From assembly GCF_006345805.1 (NCBI RefSeq), contig NW_021833065.1:599431-663430 (forward strand): a DNA stretch of 64,000 nucleotides, read 5' to 3'. A program made the translations under genes and the position numbers. Shown piece by piece: positions 24,631 through 37,304 of this stretch. Source of the stretch: Octopus sinensis. Its lineage: Eukaryota. The notes beneath the pieces were generated by a model that saw only the letters and a program-made list of their open reading frames with translations, had not been told where the DNA came from and ran no database searches. Position 1 is the stretch's first letter, and every line of letters starts with the position of its first letter.

Positions 24631-26169
24631 AATGTATGTGCGGTGTGTATGTACCACTAGTATTATAACAATAATAGTAGTAATATGTTCAGTGACAAAA
24701 AAACTTAGTTTATAGCGAGCCAGGAAACTGCGGGACAGCTATCTTTTCTTCGTTTGAAGGTCGGGATTAAGATGAAGATTAGATTATTACGTGTTTGTGT
24801 TTTTCCGGCCTTCTGTAACTTGCGACTTCTCTATATCACTGCACTTCTTTGCCCTTCCTCTCTCTCTGTTATACAACCACACCCACATGCACCTGTTTTT
24901 GTTAGCTTGCACAAACTCATTCCATGCAGAAACCCATCTCTACTACATGAGTGGTAGAATTCCCGTGGGACTCGACGATGAACTTTCATGTGTCCGATAC
25001 TCGTGATGTTCGCATGAATGCAGTTGAGTATTCCGACGATGCGTAAATCCTTGACGCAGTCCTCAGGCGAAATCAGCGCCACAAAATTGGACCTTTTAAT
25101 TATAAGTAAATTCCAGAGAGAGAAATATCTTTATCAACATGGTGCTATTCTAATGCAGTAACGATGGTGACAAGGTATTTTTTCCTATGCAATAACGATA
25201 CTACTAATTAACTGTCTTTCTGAAATACATTCTTATATACACGCCCACACGCCCGCCCGCCTGCCCGGACGCACGAATGCACGTACGCAACATCCTTCAG
25301 TACACACAAAGAAAGAGAGTGGGAAACAGAATAGAAAGGGAAATAACTCTTGAAGGGAAATAACAATATTCGTAAACTAAGATAAATTCGTGTACCGTGA
25401 GAAAAGATTTTGGAGACACGTTGACCGAACTAGCAAAAATGATATCTCCTTAACGATAATCGAATATGTATTTATTATTTACGAATTATAAGAAGTATCT
25501 TCGCGCCAGCTCAAATTATCATTTGTCTTCTCGACTCGATGATTTTCGTTTGCAAGGGACATAAATCTTATTAGCTCAAATTTCCTGTTCTGATTTACAA
25601 CATCAGAATGCCACTTATTTTGCAATAGAGATAGAAATCGTTATATCGACGTCAGCACTTGTGTGGTACTTATTTTATCGACTGTGAAAGGATAAAAGGC
25701 ATCATTTACATTGGCGAGATTTAAACTTAGAACGTGTAGGGATAAAGCGATGTACCACATCAACAAATTCCGTTCTGCTTTCTTTCGATCATAAATTAGA
25801 ATGTTAAAATATATTAAATTCTAATATAGATATAAGGGCTTACATTTTGGGAAAAAGATATAATCGATTCAACAGATACCAGTACGTGATTGATTATCTA
25901 TTTTATTGAATTCGGAAGGATAACGAAGAAAGTTGATAGCAGCATTTGAATACTTGAACATAAAGGGACATAACTAAGTACTGCTTATACCGAATCTACC
26001 ATCTCTCGTTCTGAACTCAATATTAAAATAGAATATTAAAATTAAAAATTCGTTTGATGACTGAATTGACATTCTGTTTCACTGTGTGTCGAAAGTTAGC
26101 TCTGGAGTGTGTTGACTTGCGCAGTTCCACCAGATCTACGCTTTATGTAATATATAGAAGAGAGAGGTG

Positions 26170-26865
26170 AGGTAATAAACTTCTATTCTCTAGGCCACTG
26201 ATTCATGTTGGATGCAGAAGGGACTCTCTGGATACACACACAACGTCACTATAATGTTGTGGTCTACCATGAAAATCGAGGCGGTTTCTATCGCATTAAT
26301 GTAATGGGGAACTCTGAAACCTGGTCACATCAGATAGATTGCTTGCAGCCGAGCACCTGGAAAGCTAAGTCCATGCTGGCCAAATTCGTGGGTCATTGGG
26401 CTGTAGGCTCCGTTACGAAATTTGGGCTCTAGTGGGGCCAGACTATTATATGGGGACGTGATTATGAGTAGTTTGGTCAGAAATAGTCTGGGAGAAAGTT
26501 ATCCCTGAAAGGACGGGCAGAAGTGGTGACCGCTTTCATCTATTTAGTTATTACCTCCTAGGGTCGTGATTTCCGCCAGTTTTCTTTTTTATTAGACTCA
26601 TCTGTAGCGTCTACTCTTTCACTTGTTGTGGACGGGAAATGCAAACAATTTTCCTCTGATTGCCAGCCATGGAAAAGAAAATGGAAAGGGCTGAAAGCAA
26701 ACACTTTCCTCTTCGGTCAAGCCCTCGGCGACAGTTTCGAGCTACACTTAGAGAGGAGGGTGAATGGAGAAATGCAGCGCAGTCGGTTTACATTTTGCAA
26801 CGAATTTACGAAACGTTGGGTAAGAGTGGCAGAAATAAAGCCATGTGAATGGGTTTACTGTTAGC
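26170..26865 (+). pseudogene. L1/Tx1-like LINE 3' remnant
   Basis: Peptide WKRKWKGLKANTFLFGQALGDSFELHLERRV...CNEFTKRWVRVAEI resembles the C-terminus of Tx1-clade ORF2 (W..R......F...W); heavily decayed. Confidence 0.55.
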
Positions 26866-26899
26866 ATGTATTTGTCGGTCGGAGAAGGAAGATGGAAGA

Positions 26900-28024
26900 A
26901 AGCAAATAAACTCATTTGTGACCACTATTTTTATTACCATCATGTTTCCAAAACATCTGTGTGAGTAGCTACTGCACTATGAAAAACTCCGCAGTGTTCC
27001 TGAGGTCTGTTTTTGCTGCAGAATTATACTTTTTCTTTAGTATAAATCTAGATCTGTTGAAATGCTCGATTACCTCCATATGGCCATCTCACTCTATTGT
27101 GACGTTTAATTATTTCTACACTAAATGAGTTTATTTGCTTCGCAACGAAATTTGTTTTGTTGTTTCTCGTGCTTTATTTTAGTGTTTCGTTCGTTGTGTA
27201 AAAATGTAAAATGTAAGCAGTGTTATTTTGTTGAGTAGTGTTTGTCTTTCGCATGTGCTGTTTCAGGGGAATTTTGAGTTTCAGCGTCAGATGGTGGTTA
27301 TATAGAGTATGTGCTGTGCAGGCTATGTTATATTTATGCGTGGTATCTGTATAGAATTGAGGTGAGTTGTGGTGTTATAGTGTTAGATATCGATTACGTA
27401 AGCGCATGTGAGGTATTAATTTATTAGATGGTAATTGGGCGGACTGTATTCCATGTTATATAGTTTTGTAGTGATTCTGTAGGGTCTGTGTTACTCTACA
27501 TGCTAATTACATTAATTTCAAGATCCTTGTAATTAAAATTTTAATTTAAAGATCCTTAAGCCATTGTTGAATTTCACTCTGGTTTTCATACGCTTTATCG
27601 AGTCTTGCGTGGTATCAGTAATGGAATGTTTTTCTATTAAATTTTCTACAGAATATTACGGATTCCGTTTTGATTTTTTCTTCCGTTAAAAAAACAAAAA
27701 ACTGTTTTGTCTTCATCTAAATCTTTATGCTCAGTGCAATCGGTTTCCATTTTGTTTCCTTGTGTGTTTATGTGTGTGTGTGTGTGTGTGTGTATGTTTC
27801 ACTGCATCGGCCGGACAATCGGATGTTGTTATACACCGCTGGTCACAATGTGTTTCCTTGCATTGTTCTAGCATTCGAACGATGCCACCCCACTGGTTAG
27901 GCAAGCAGGCCAACATTCCCCCTGAATGGAATACCGGTTTGTTAGTGGACAGGAGCAATGTGAAATGATGTGTCTTGCTCAAGAACACGACGCATCGCAA
28001 TACCTTTACCACCTGTACATTCGC

Positions 28025-28099
<75 letters not shown>

Positions 28100-28730
28100 A
28101 CACACACGTTTCATCATTGCTCCTATCAGCATCCTTTTACCTGCTTCTAGGTATTTTTGTCCTACTGTTGTGAGTTTGTAGTAGTTCTCTGTTTGTACTA
28201 AACCCCGTTTCAGTATGTGTTAGATAAGTATAATCAGTTGATATTAGCTCAAGTTGGTGACTTCGGAACTCTGTCAGTACTTTTTTGGTTTTTCTGTCAA
28301 AGATTTTCAATTCATTAAATTTCTTTTGTATCATTGCTAAGCTCTAGTTTACATCTCAGATGGATAGTTTATTCATACCTATTATCATACCTATTATCTT
28401 ATCACTGATTTCAGTTTTTAATATAAATTTGGCTCTTTTACAGTATTGTTTTTAATTTCCTGCTGTTTTTTTTTTAAAATTCTGTTTCATCTAATCCTTA
28501 ATATATTGATAGGAAGTTCTAACATAATTCTCTGATTTTGGTATCTAAATCTACCTGATTATTTCTAAGTTTGTCTAATCCCATAATCTTATATCTTGGC
28601 TGAATCTATATAGAATATTTGGTAGGTTTTCCAACTGGGGGTAGGCGTTTGTAAATATTTTAAATCCACAAATATAGAGGAGATGATTCAGAATTTGTTT
28701 CTAACAACTATAATCGTTGGTAGCTTCATT
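26900..28730 (-). pseudogene. R4/Dong-like LINE remnant, copy 1 (RT C-terminus to REL region), interrupted by a SINE and (CA)n
   Basis: Minus-strand fragments NELKIFDRKTKKVLTEFRSH and YHARLDK...IQQWL. Collinear homology with 29760-31230 (e.g. gagtcttgcgtggtatca vs gagtcttgcgaggtatca). Confidence 0.7.
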
Positions 28731-28748
28731 CGATATATATATATATAT

Positions 28749-28810
28749 ATATCGTTATATTTCGGAATGGTCATATTGCCAGTTTAGCCAATTCCGAAAT
28801 ATAACGATAT
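28749..28810. repeat. Small perfect hairpin next to (TA)n
   Basis: atatcgttatatttcggaat / attccgaaatataacgatat (20-bp arms). Confidence 0.85.
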
Positions 28811-28864
28811 CTGTTTCAACACACGACTTCACATAAAAAATCTTGCACAACAAATATTTAAACG

Positions 28865-28918
28865 TATATATATATATATATAATATATATATATATAATA
28901 TATATTATATATATATAT

Positions 28919-28952
<34 letters not shown>

Positions 28953-29164
28953 ATATATATAATATATAATATATATATGTATATATGTATATATGTGTGT
29001 GATTGTGTGGTAAGATGCTGGATTCCCAACACCATGGGTTCAGTCCTGCTGCGTGGCACCTTAGGCAAGCGTCTTCTACTATAGCCTCGGACCGACCAAA
29101 GCCTTGTGAATGGATTTGGTAGACAGAAACTGAAAGAAGTCTATCGTACACACACACACACACA

Positions 29165-29239
<75 letters not shown>

Positions 29240-29327
29240 ATAATATATATATATAACGTGTTTGATAAGTGGTAACGCACGAAATTCTCGGCCCTTGAGT
29301 CACTCAGTTGCTTCTGCTAAATATTGG

Positions 29328-29396
<69 letters not shown>

Positions 29397-29471
29397 ATAT
29401 ACGTGTTGATAAGTGGTAACGCACGAAATTCTCGGCCCTTGAGTCACTCAGTTGCTTCTGCTAAATATTGG

Positions 29472-29536
<65 letters not shown>

Positions 29537-29648
29537 ATATATATATACGTGTATACATATGTATATATATATATATATATATAATACATACATATATATA
29601 TATATATATAATATATATATATATATATTATATATATATATATATTAT

Positions 29649-29706
<58 letters not shown>

Positions 29707-29750
29707 ATTATATATATATATAATTATATATATATATATATATATACATA
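28865..29750. repeat. Long (TA)n-rich tract with an embedded CORE SINE 5' half (28997-29148) and a duplicated ~77-bp segment (29256-29333, 29401-29476)
   Basis: Direct reading; duplicated acgtgttgataagtggtaacgcacgaaattctcggcccttgagtcactcagttgcttctgctaaatattggttcat. Confidence 0.92.
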
Positions 29751-29759
29751 CTAGAGCAA

Positions 29760-30209
29760 AGAACAAGAGTGTAGAAAATAATTAATCTCTAGAAGATTCC
29801 TCTTTGCTTGTGAGAGACAAGGATGCTTTCCATTCTGACATGCTATGCTTGTTGCCTCAAACAGATTATTTTAATTCCACGATCCTTGTAATGAAAACTT
29901 AAGTTTCAAAATCCTTGGGCAATAATTGAATTTTTAACCTGGTTTATTTGACCTCTATTGAGTCTTGCGAGGTATCACTCATAAAGCGCATTTTTTTTTT
30001 TTGTCAATTTTCCTTCAGAATATTTCAGAATTCTATTTTGAATTTGTTTTTGGATTGCTGTAACATTTTCCCTTTGTTTTGTCATTATTTGAATCTTTTT
30101 ATTCATTAACTAAACCATATTATTCATATGAGTTAGCTTCCGCATTGTTTTCCCCTACACACACACACACACAACATTAGGGAGAGATAAATAGATAGAA
30201 ACGAGAGTG

Positions 30210-30281
<72 letters not shown>

Positions 30282-31230
30282 CAAGGGAGAAGGGATTCTT
30301 TTTGCTTTCTTCATGTCTCATTACTTTTGTCAGTTTCCATTTACATGTTTCCAAGTATTTTTCTTATCCCACAACTGCTATTTTGTAGTAATTTCCTTTG
30401 TATCTACCCCGGTTATGATGCGTGTTGGGTAAGTAATATTACATAGAGATTAGCTCAGGTGTGGTGGTTTCGGAATACTGTCAGATTTTCTTCTAAGCTT
30501 TTCAATTCATTCAATTTCCAGTTTATCACAACGAAGCTATAGTTTATAATTGAGATAGATAATATATTTATACCTATTATTTCATTTGTAGCACCGAGTT
30601 TAGATTTTATTATTAAGTTAAGCCTGCTGTTGTATTGTTTTTCTAATTCTCTCCTTCATTTCTTTGCATTGTTTCTTCTTAGCTTCACCTACTTTCCAGT
30701 ATTTGTATGGTTAGTTTTGCTATAATTCTCTGATTTTGGTGTTTGTATCTAGTTGATTATTCTTAATTTCAGTTAATTTGCCTAATCTTATAGTAGCTTT
30801 GGCGCATACATCTAATCCTATATTCCTTTTGTATCTTGACTAAATTTATAAAAACATTTAATGTTTTCCAACTGGGTATTGTTCTTGGTAAATGTCTTAA
30901 ATTTGTACAGGACAGACGGTTTATAATTTATTCGTTGCATTTGTAACCATTGATGGCTTCAGTCAACAAATGGATTCGTTAATGAGGTCGGGGCTAAGAA
31001 AAACAGTATAGAGAATAATTAATCTTTCTGGAAGATTTCTCTTCTTATAAGGCTTAAGGATAGCCTAAACTATCCTTCTTTACTGTAGCGTGATATGGTC
31101 GCTTTCTATTTGTTACATGGCTTGGTTGTTGTATTTTCCCAGTTGTAAGATGTATTTCTGTGGAGTGTATCCAGTATCAAAGAGTAAGCAGACTGGCAAA
31201 TGTTTTTATTTTTCTGTTGTCTTTTATGAT
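29760..31230 (-). pseudogene. R4/Dong-like LINE remnant, copy 2 (RT domain)
   Basis: Minus-strand peptides IFQKD*LFSILFFLA (RT motif IFQGDSLSPLLF) and IGLDVCAKATIRLGKL (R4-clade FGLDKCA...I.RGK); many stops. Confidence 0.8.
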
Positions 31231-31435
31231 ATTAGGGTACAGCTGTAGCTATTCCTTACTGCATACGTTTCGTCCATCTTTATTTTCTAAGTTCAATTTC
31301 GCCGAGGTCAGCTTTACCGTTCATCTTATCGGAGTCGATGAATTAAGTACCGGTGAAACACTGGGATCGATGTAATCGATTAGACCCTCCCCCAAAATTT
31401 CAGGCCTTTAGTAGAAAGGATTATTATTATTATTG

Positions 31436-31990
31436 AGTGAGAGAGCAGTGCATGCCATCAAAGTGACACTGGGGTAAAATATACGAATCCCAGTATACTC
31501 ATCATGACTACCTGTCTGATAAGGGTACACCAAGCACATACATCATTACCATATGTGCGCGACATGGTGATCTCATATCAAGATTAACAGCACATAACCT
31601 TGCAGGTGGGGCCCAGTTAGAATTTTCTTCTAGTCGAGTAGCCCATCCCGCTCAAAAGGTCCCTGAATAAGGGTTGTTTAAGGATGTTGGACGAAACACC
31701 CATGTTTCCAAAGATGAATTATCTAAACTTCCCTCCAAGAATTCCTTTCAACTCATGGCTATGATGCTCCCCCACTACTTCTGCTCGTGATCAGAGATGC
31801 ACATATCATCAGCCACTAAGGGACATACTCAACTGGTTAAGGTCAAACAACTGATAAGCAAATCTGTGGTATTGAGCAGGATATTTGCTATAGCCCATCT
31901 TTTATACCAAGACAAATGTACATGATAATACTTCCAATCAGTTAAGATCAGAAGCCATGAGAGCCACTGTCTGGCACTGCATCAGGGCAT
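31436..31990 (-). mobile_element. ~555-bp non-autonomous element inserted in a (TAA)n microsatellite
   Basis: A GC-richer, well-defined block with (tta)n on both sides. The minus strand ends ...gcactgctctctcactcaataataat. No ORF or TIR. Confidence 0.65.
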
Positions 31991-32015
31991 GTTATTATTA
32001 TTATTATTATTATTA

Positions 32016-32063
<48 letters not shown>

Positions 32064-32649
32064 CATCATCATCATTCGTAAAGCGGCGTGTTGACAGAAT
32101 CACTAGCACGTCGGACAAAACGTTTAGCAGCATTTCGTCCGCTTTACGCTCTGATTTGAAATTCCGCTGAGGTTGACTTCACCTTTCATCCTCTCGGTGT
32201 CGATAAAATAAATACCGGTTAAGCACTAAGGTCGATGAAATCGGCTTGCCTCTCCCCGCTAAAATTTCGGCCCTTGTGCATATGGTAGAAAGGATTATTG
32301 TTATTATTAGAAGGGCGGCGAGATGGTAAAATCATTAGCGCGTGGGAGAAAATTCTTAGCGGTAATTTTTGTGGCTTTTTACGTTCTGAGGTTAAATTTC
32401 GCCGAACTGCTTTTCATCCTTTTGGGGTGATAACACAAGTACCAGTTGAGCACTGGGGTCGATGTAATCAACTATCCCCCCCTCTAACACTGCTGGCCGT
32501 ATATCTATAGTTGAAATAATTTTTATCATTAGAACTGTTGTTGTAATTGCTAGCAGGACCCATGTAAAATTCCATATTTTATTAATTTTATTGCTTTAGT
32601 CCGATGTTCAAATTAGTGTTTCTTCATAACATTCTTTCAATAAAGACGC

Positions 32650-33420
32650 TAACACAATAGGGTCAAGGCAGCAAGAAAAATATGAAATCCTATCCGTGAT
32701 GCATTTCTTGGACGAGTTATGGTGTTCCTATTTTCTGAAATAACCCTATTTTCTCGAGTAAATATAGCGATGACTTCATATAGGAAAATTGTACTGCCTA
32801 ACATCAGCGCCTCATCTGAAATGCAGCTCATATTTGTTGGGAACTATATAATTACTCAGCGCACATGCCTGATCTTACTACTTTAACAAACACATATCTT
32901 TGCATTGTTTAACAAATGGATTGTGAAAAATCATAATTTCTTGTATTGTATACACCACATTAGGCAATATTTTAAATTTTCAGCTGTTCTTATCTGGTTT
33001 TGTAAAGCTTCATTAGCATCTATAATGTAAAGATCATTCTACAGAGTAGAAGTTGAATGGCATGTCTTTCCTTGAATTCTAAAACAATAATATCCATTTC
33101 CTTCAAGTGTAGTAATTTTTGCATCAAATGAAGCAAAGAAAAACCGTACAATCCGTATAATGTCATATTTTCCTTGAAATTATTAATTTCGTCGTTATAC
33201 GCATGAAAGAATAGCTTGAGTAATATGTTGCTGAGAAGGAATCATATTTTACTGTTGTGGCAATAGTTTAAAGGTTTATTTCTGAATCTTAAAGCACCAT
33301 TATAAGGACAAAAATCTTTCTAGTTCTCCAATGTAATGATCCAAATGCAATTTGTTCATTCTGATATTCATTTCATAGGAATACTGAATTGTCTCTTACA
33401 CAATCTTGTTTGAATATTTC
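32650..33420 (-). pseudogene. Helitron RepHel N-terminal remnant
   Basis: Minus-strand fragments FCPYNGALRFRNKPLNYCHNSKI, NFKEN, FFASFDAKITTLEGNGYYCFRIQGKTCHSTSTL, LYIIDANEALQ and RQYNFPIYEVIAIF follow the order of Helitron N-terminal motifs (C..C.A..F..E...CC..GK; F..NIR.YN..FAF.S; GPY.FRI.G..YH; QLYI.D; RRYN.P...EVAA). Confidence 0.85.
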
Positions 33421-34310
33421 TAAAAAAAAAAACGGCTACCATCGTTAATTTTTTTCTTGTAGTTGTCAATTCCTTTCTCGAAGTTCTCGTTGATATTCTG
33501 CCCACTATTCTTCATATTATTTTGTCATGCTTCTCTGTCTGTCTGTCTGCCTGCCTGCCTGCCTGCCTACCTGTCTGTCTGTCTCTCTGATACTCAGCTG
33601 TTCACTGCCCATGTTCGCTCTATATATCTGTTGACTTTCCTTTTGATACTGTAGGTATCTTCTTAATCGCTGTTTTTTTTCTTTAAAAAAAAAAAAAAAA
33701 AAACTTTCTCTTCTTTCCTATCATTGTTTTTCTCTCGCCTTTGCCTCTTACCATCTCATTCTTTTTATTGTTACTTGGAGTTCTCGAGTTCGTTCCACAG
33801 TGAAAGTTTTTGTTGTGTAAAAAATTTTCAAGAGTGTAAAAGGAAAATGTAAAATGAGAAGAAAATTTGTAGTCCAAAAAATTTGCAGAAGTGTGAAATG
33901 ATAATAAAAAATAGAAGATATTAAGATACTGGTATATTCTGCTGTCTTACTGTAGGCTGCCCTTTAAAAGCGAAAGTGTTTACCTTGTCAAGTGTGAAGA
34001 TAAAAAAAGTTTTTCCTTCGAAGAAAAGTGAATGTGTTTTCGTTGAAGATGAAATTATAAAGGAACGAGAAAGTATTCAATAATGGTAATTAAGTAAATA
34101 GTCGACACTAGAGTAACAGTTCGATCTCATGAAGTATTCAGAGTGATGAAAGCATGTTGAATCGTTGTGAATAGTGCAAGAAGGCACAAATGAGGCAATG
34201 ATACTCATTGCATACAATAAGATTCTTATTTACTCGCAATCTACTTTGCCATCAGTGTTCAACTTTGCCTTTCGTAATTTCAGAAGAAGCTTAGGGAAAA
34301 TAAGTACATA

Positions 34311-34702
34311 GGCGCAGGAGTGGGTGCGTGGTAAGTAGCTTGCTTCCCAACCACATTGTTCCGGGTTCATTCCCACTGCGTGGCACCTTGCGCAAGTATC
34401 TTCTACTATAGCCTCAGGCCGACCAAAGCCTTGTGAGTGGATTTTGGTAGACGGAAACTGAAGGAAGCCCGTCGTATATATGTATTTATATATATGTATG
34501 TATGTATATGTTTGTGTGTCTGTGTTTGTCGCTTGATGACCGATGGTGGTGTGTTTACGTCCCCGTAACTTAGCGATTCGGCAAAAGAGACCGATAGAAT
34601 AAGTACTAGGCTTACAAAGAATAAGTCCTGGGGTCGATTTGCTCAACTAAAGGCGGTGCTTCAGCATGGCCGCAGTCAAATGACTGAAACAAGTAAAAGA
34701 GA
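34311..34702 (+). mobile_element. Full-length tRNA-derived CORE SINE (OR-type) with 15-bp TSD, nested in a Nin-type SINE
   Basis: Head ggcgcaggagtgggtgcgtggtaag, B box gggttcattccc, CORE-like caccttgcgcaagt, and TSD gaaaataagtacata (34296-34310) / gaaaataagtatata (34703-34717). Confidence 0.9.
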
Positions 34703-35623
34703 GAAAATAAGTATATATACTGGGGTAGACTTAATTCACTACAGTTCTTTCTCCACCAATTTTGGCCTTGTGCCTATTTAGAAAACTCTATTATCAAGGA
34801 GCGTAGTGTTTTGGCAGTATCAGTAGAACAACGGACAAAATGTCACGCATTATTTAATTATGTACATTTATGTACAAGGTTCAAATCTTACCGACGTTGA
34901 CTGGGACCGATGAAATATAGCACCAGTCAAGTATGGGGGTTGATATAAGTAACTATACCTTCACTTTACAAATTTCTGGTATCATTATAATGAGGTCGAA
35001 AGAATGTCAAAATGGTTCGCACTAAACTAAATATTCTGAGATATTTACTTTTGTTTTTCTATGGTCTGAGTTGAAACCATGTTAGAGCTAACTTCGATTA
35101 TTTTTCACTCATTGCCGATAAAACAAGAGCGAGGTTTTTATTGGGTCGATTCAATCGACTATATCCCTCCAATATAAGTGTGTGACCTTGTGGTAATGCC
35201 AGAAATCAATAGTAATATTATCATAACGTTATACATCAATAATATCGTTGGAAACGTTTGAAATCAATATAAATGTATTCGGAAGGGATGGCGTCGGGCT
35301 TAATGCCTCACAGTATTTAGTTACGTACGTACTCTGGTTTCAGGTTTCGTATCACACACACACACACACACACACACACATTTATGTGTATGTATGTCTA
35401 TATATAAATGTGGGTGTCTGTGTTTGCGTTGAGTCTCTTTAATGCCTTGTAACTTAGAGGTCCAACAACTGGAGACAAAACGGTACCAGCTTGAAAGAAA
35501 CGATGAGTGCCACATGAAGAACTACACCCTTCGAAGTGGTGTTCCAGTACAACTGCAGTCTATAGAATGAAACTAGTAAAAATATAGTAAATATGGAACA
35601 TGGAAGATGAAGTCAAAATATTA

Positions 35624-35702
<79 letters not shown>

Positions 35703-36064
35703 CATAAGACAAATATAAATAATGGTCATATTTTGATTAGAGTAAATTTGGCTAACAACTGTTTCCAGTAGTCATTATAGGTACGTTACTAATAGTTTCA
35801 CTCAATTGGTCTATCGATCAGTTGAGAAGAATTGAACGATCTAAAAAAATAAAAACTAATACTACCTTCGTCAGAGTCATTTCTGGTTATAACCACAAAG
35901 TACCATTAATTGTTTTTAGATCGTTCAATTCTTAACTGATCAATAGACCAGTCTAGTAAACCTATCAATAACGTGACTATAATGAGTACTGGAAACAACT
36001 GTAAGCCAAATTTATTCTAATAAATGAAAAATATGTAATGATCATTATTTATACCTTGTCTTAT
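35703..36064. repeat. Imperfect palindrome next to (TA)n with a minus-strand hammerhead motif (~35748-35879)
   Basis: Arms ~35703-35850 and ~35912-36064. Minus strand reads tgact CTGACGA aggtagtatta...taatgactactg GAAA cagttg TT agcca. The opposite arm retains ggaaacaactgtaagcc. Confidence 0.72.
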
Positions 36065-36274
36065 AAACCACTATGTGTAAAAACTAGTTTGACTGGAGTC
36101 CTACCACGGATTTGCAACATAGAATTATGGTGAAGCATAGCCTCGGATCTTGTCATAAGAATACTTGGAGTTCCTCACTAATACAAACAGTATTGTTAGT
36201 CTGGTGTGCTAACAGAGGGCTTATGAAGTATTTTGGCCGCATTGATAATCTCTCACTATTAGCAATATATGTAT

Positions 36275-36429
36275 ATAGCTGATAGTGTTTATTTTCTTTT
36301 ATTCCTTTTTGTTGAAGAGCGTAGGCTCGAAACTTAAAAGACTTTTTCACTTTCCCGAGCGTCAAACTAATATACCTGCTTGTGGTTCATACACCTGTCT
36401 TCTTCATCTTCTGTTTTTCTGTAAATTTC

Positions 36430-36435
<6 letters not shown>
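36275..36435 (+). mobile_element. Short Penelope-type terminal repeat family (copies also at 37550-37710 + and 43075-43210 -)
   Basis: Shared tg(t/c)tgaagagcgtaggctcgaaac...aaagacttt...gagcgt(c/t)aaactaata...ttttctgtaaattt, always ending in a microsatellite. Confidence 0.7.
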
Positions 36436-36472
<37 letters not shown>

Positions 36473-36541
36473 GGAGTAAACACATAAATGTGAAACAAGG
36501 TGGAAAAAAGAGTACTCAAATACCAGTAGTAGAGTAATATG

Positions 36542-36678
36542 CTTTATTTAAAGCAGCAGAAAATTCAACAAAATCTGTTACTCTGAGTTTCTCGTTGCCG
36601 TTCATCAGACAGTTTTTGCTGGCAACGAGAAACTCAGAGTAACAGATTTTGTTGAATTTTCTGCTGCTTTAAATAAAG
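36542..36678. repeat. Perfect palindrome (58-bp arms, 21-nt loop) between (TA)n and (CA)n
   Basis: 36542-36599 is the exact reverse complement of 36621-36678. Confidence 0.95.
36571..36617 (-). ncRNA. Minimal type I hammerhead ribozyme motif
   Basis: aaaaactgt CTGATGA a-cg-gcaa-cg-a GAAA ctcaga GTA acagattt: stem I ctgt/acag, 2-bp stem II with GNRA loop, stem III actc/gagt, GUA triplet. Confidence 0.75.
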
Positions 36679-36702
36679 TATACACACACACACACACACA
36701 CA

Positions 36703-36744
<42 letters not shown>

Positions 36745-37075
36745 TCAACAGTATCACCACACATACCACTATACGAGCAGCCACACACATTGTTTAACTC
36801 AGTACACATACCATACACCATCATGCACACTCCCACACCCACACAAGCACATAATACATGAACACAGACAATACATACACACACGCAATACGCATAAACA
36901 CACACAGCACGCATAGACAAGGATAACTTTCGCCCACAAATATACACTATACACATGCACACTATTTGGTCACGGACACGCACACACACACACACATATA
37001 CATGTACACACACCACCTGAACAACCACACATCAACTGCTACGCACAACACACACATATACACGTTATATATACA

Positions 37076-37304
37076 AGGCGGCGAGCTGGCAGAAACGTTA
37101 GCACGCTGGGCGAAATGCGTAGCCGTATTTCGTCTGCCGCTACGTTCTGAGTTCAAATTCCGCCGAGATCGACTTTGCCTTTCATCCTTTCGGGGTCGAT
37201 TAAATAAGTACCAGTTACGCACTGGGGTCGATGTAATCGACTTAATTCGTTTGTGTGTCCTTGTTTGTCCCCTCTGTGTGTAGCCCCTTGTGGGCAATAA
37301 AGAA
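37076..37304 (+). mobile_element. Full-length Nin-domain-type tRNA SINE with 16-bp TSD
   Basis: A box tggcagaaacgttag, B box gagttcaaattc, central gcctttcatcctttcggggtcgattaaataagtacc, and TSD acacatatacacgtta at 37052-37067 and 37305-37320. More than 15 older copies are scattered through the window (e.g. 21395-21592, 31290-31425, 32082-32515, 39160-39315, 54651-54830). Confidence 0.92.

Noticed and set aside
24750-25090. GC-richer block with overlapping short ORFs as a host exon
   Set aside because: No convincing splice or protein signal; more likely an old LINE fragment, but too decayed to assign.
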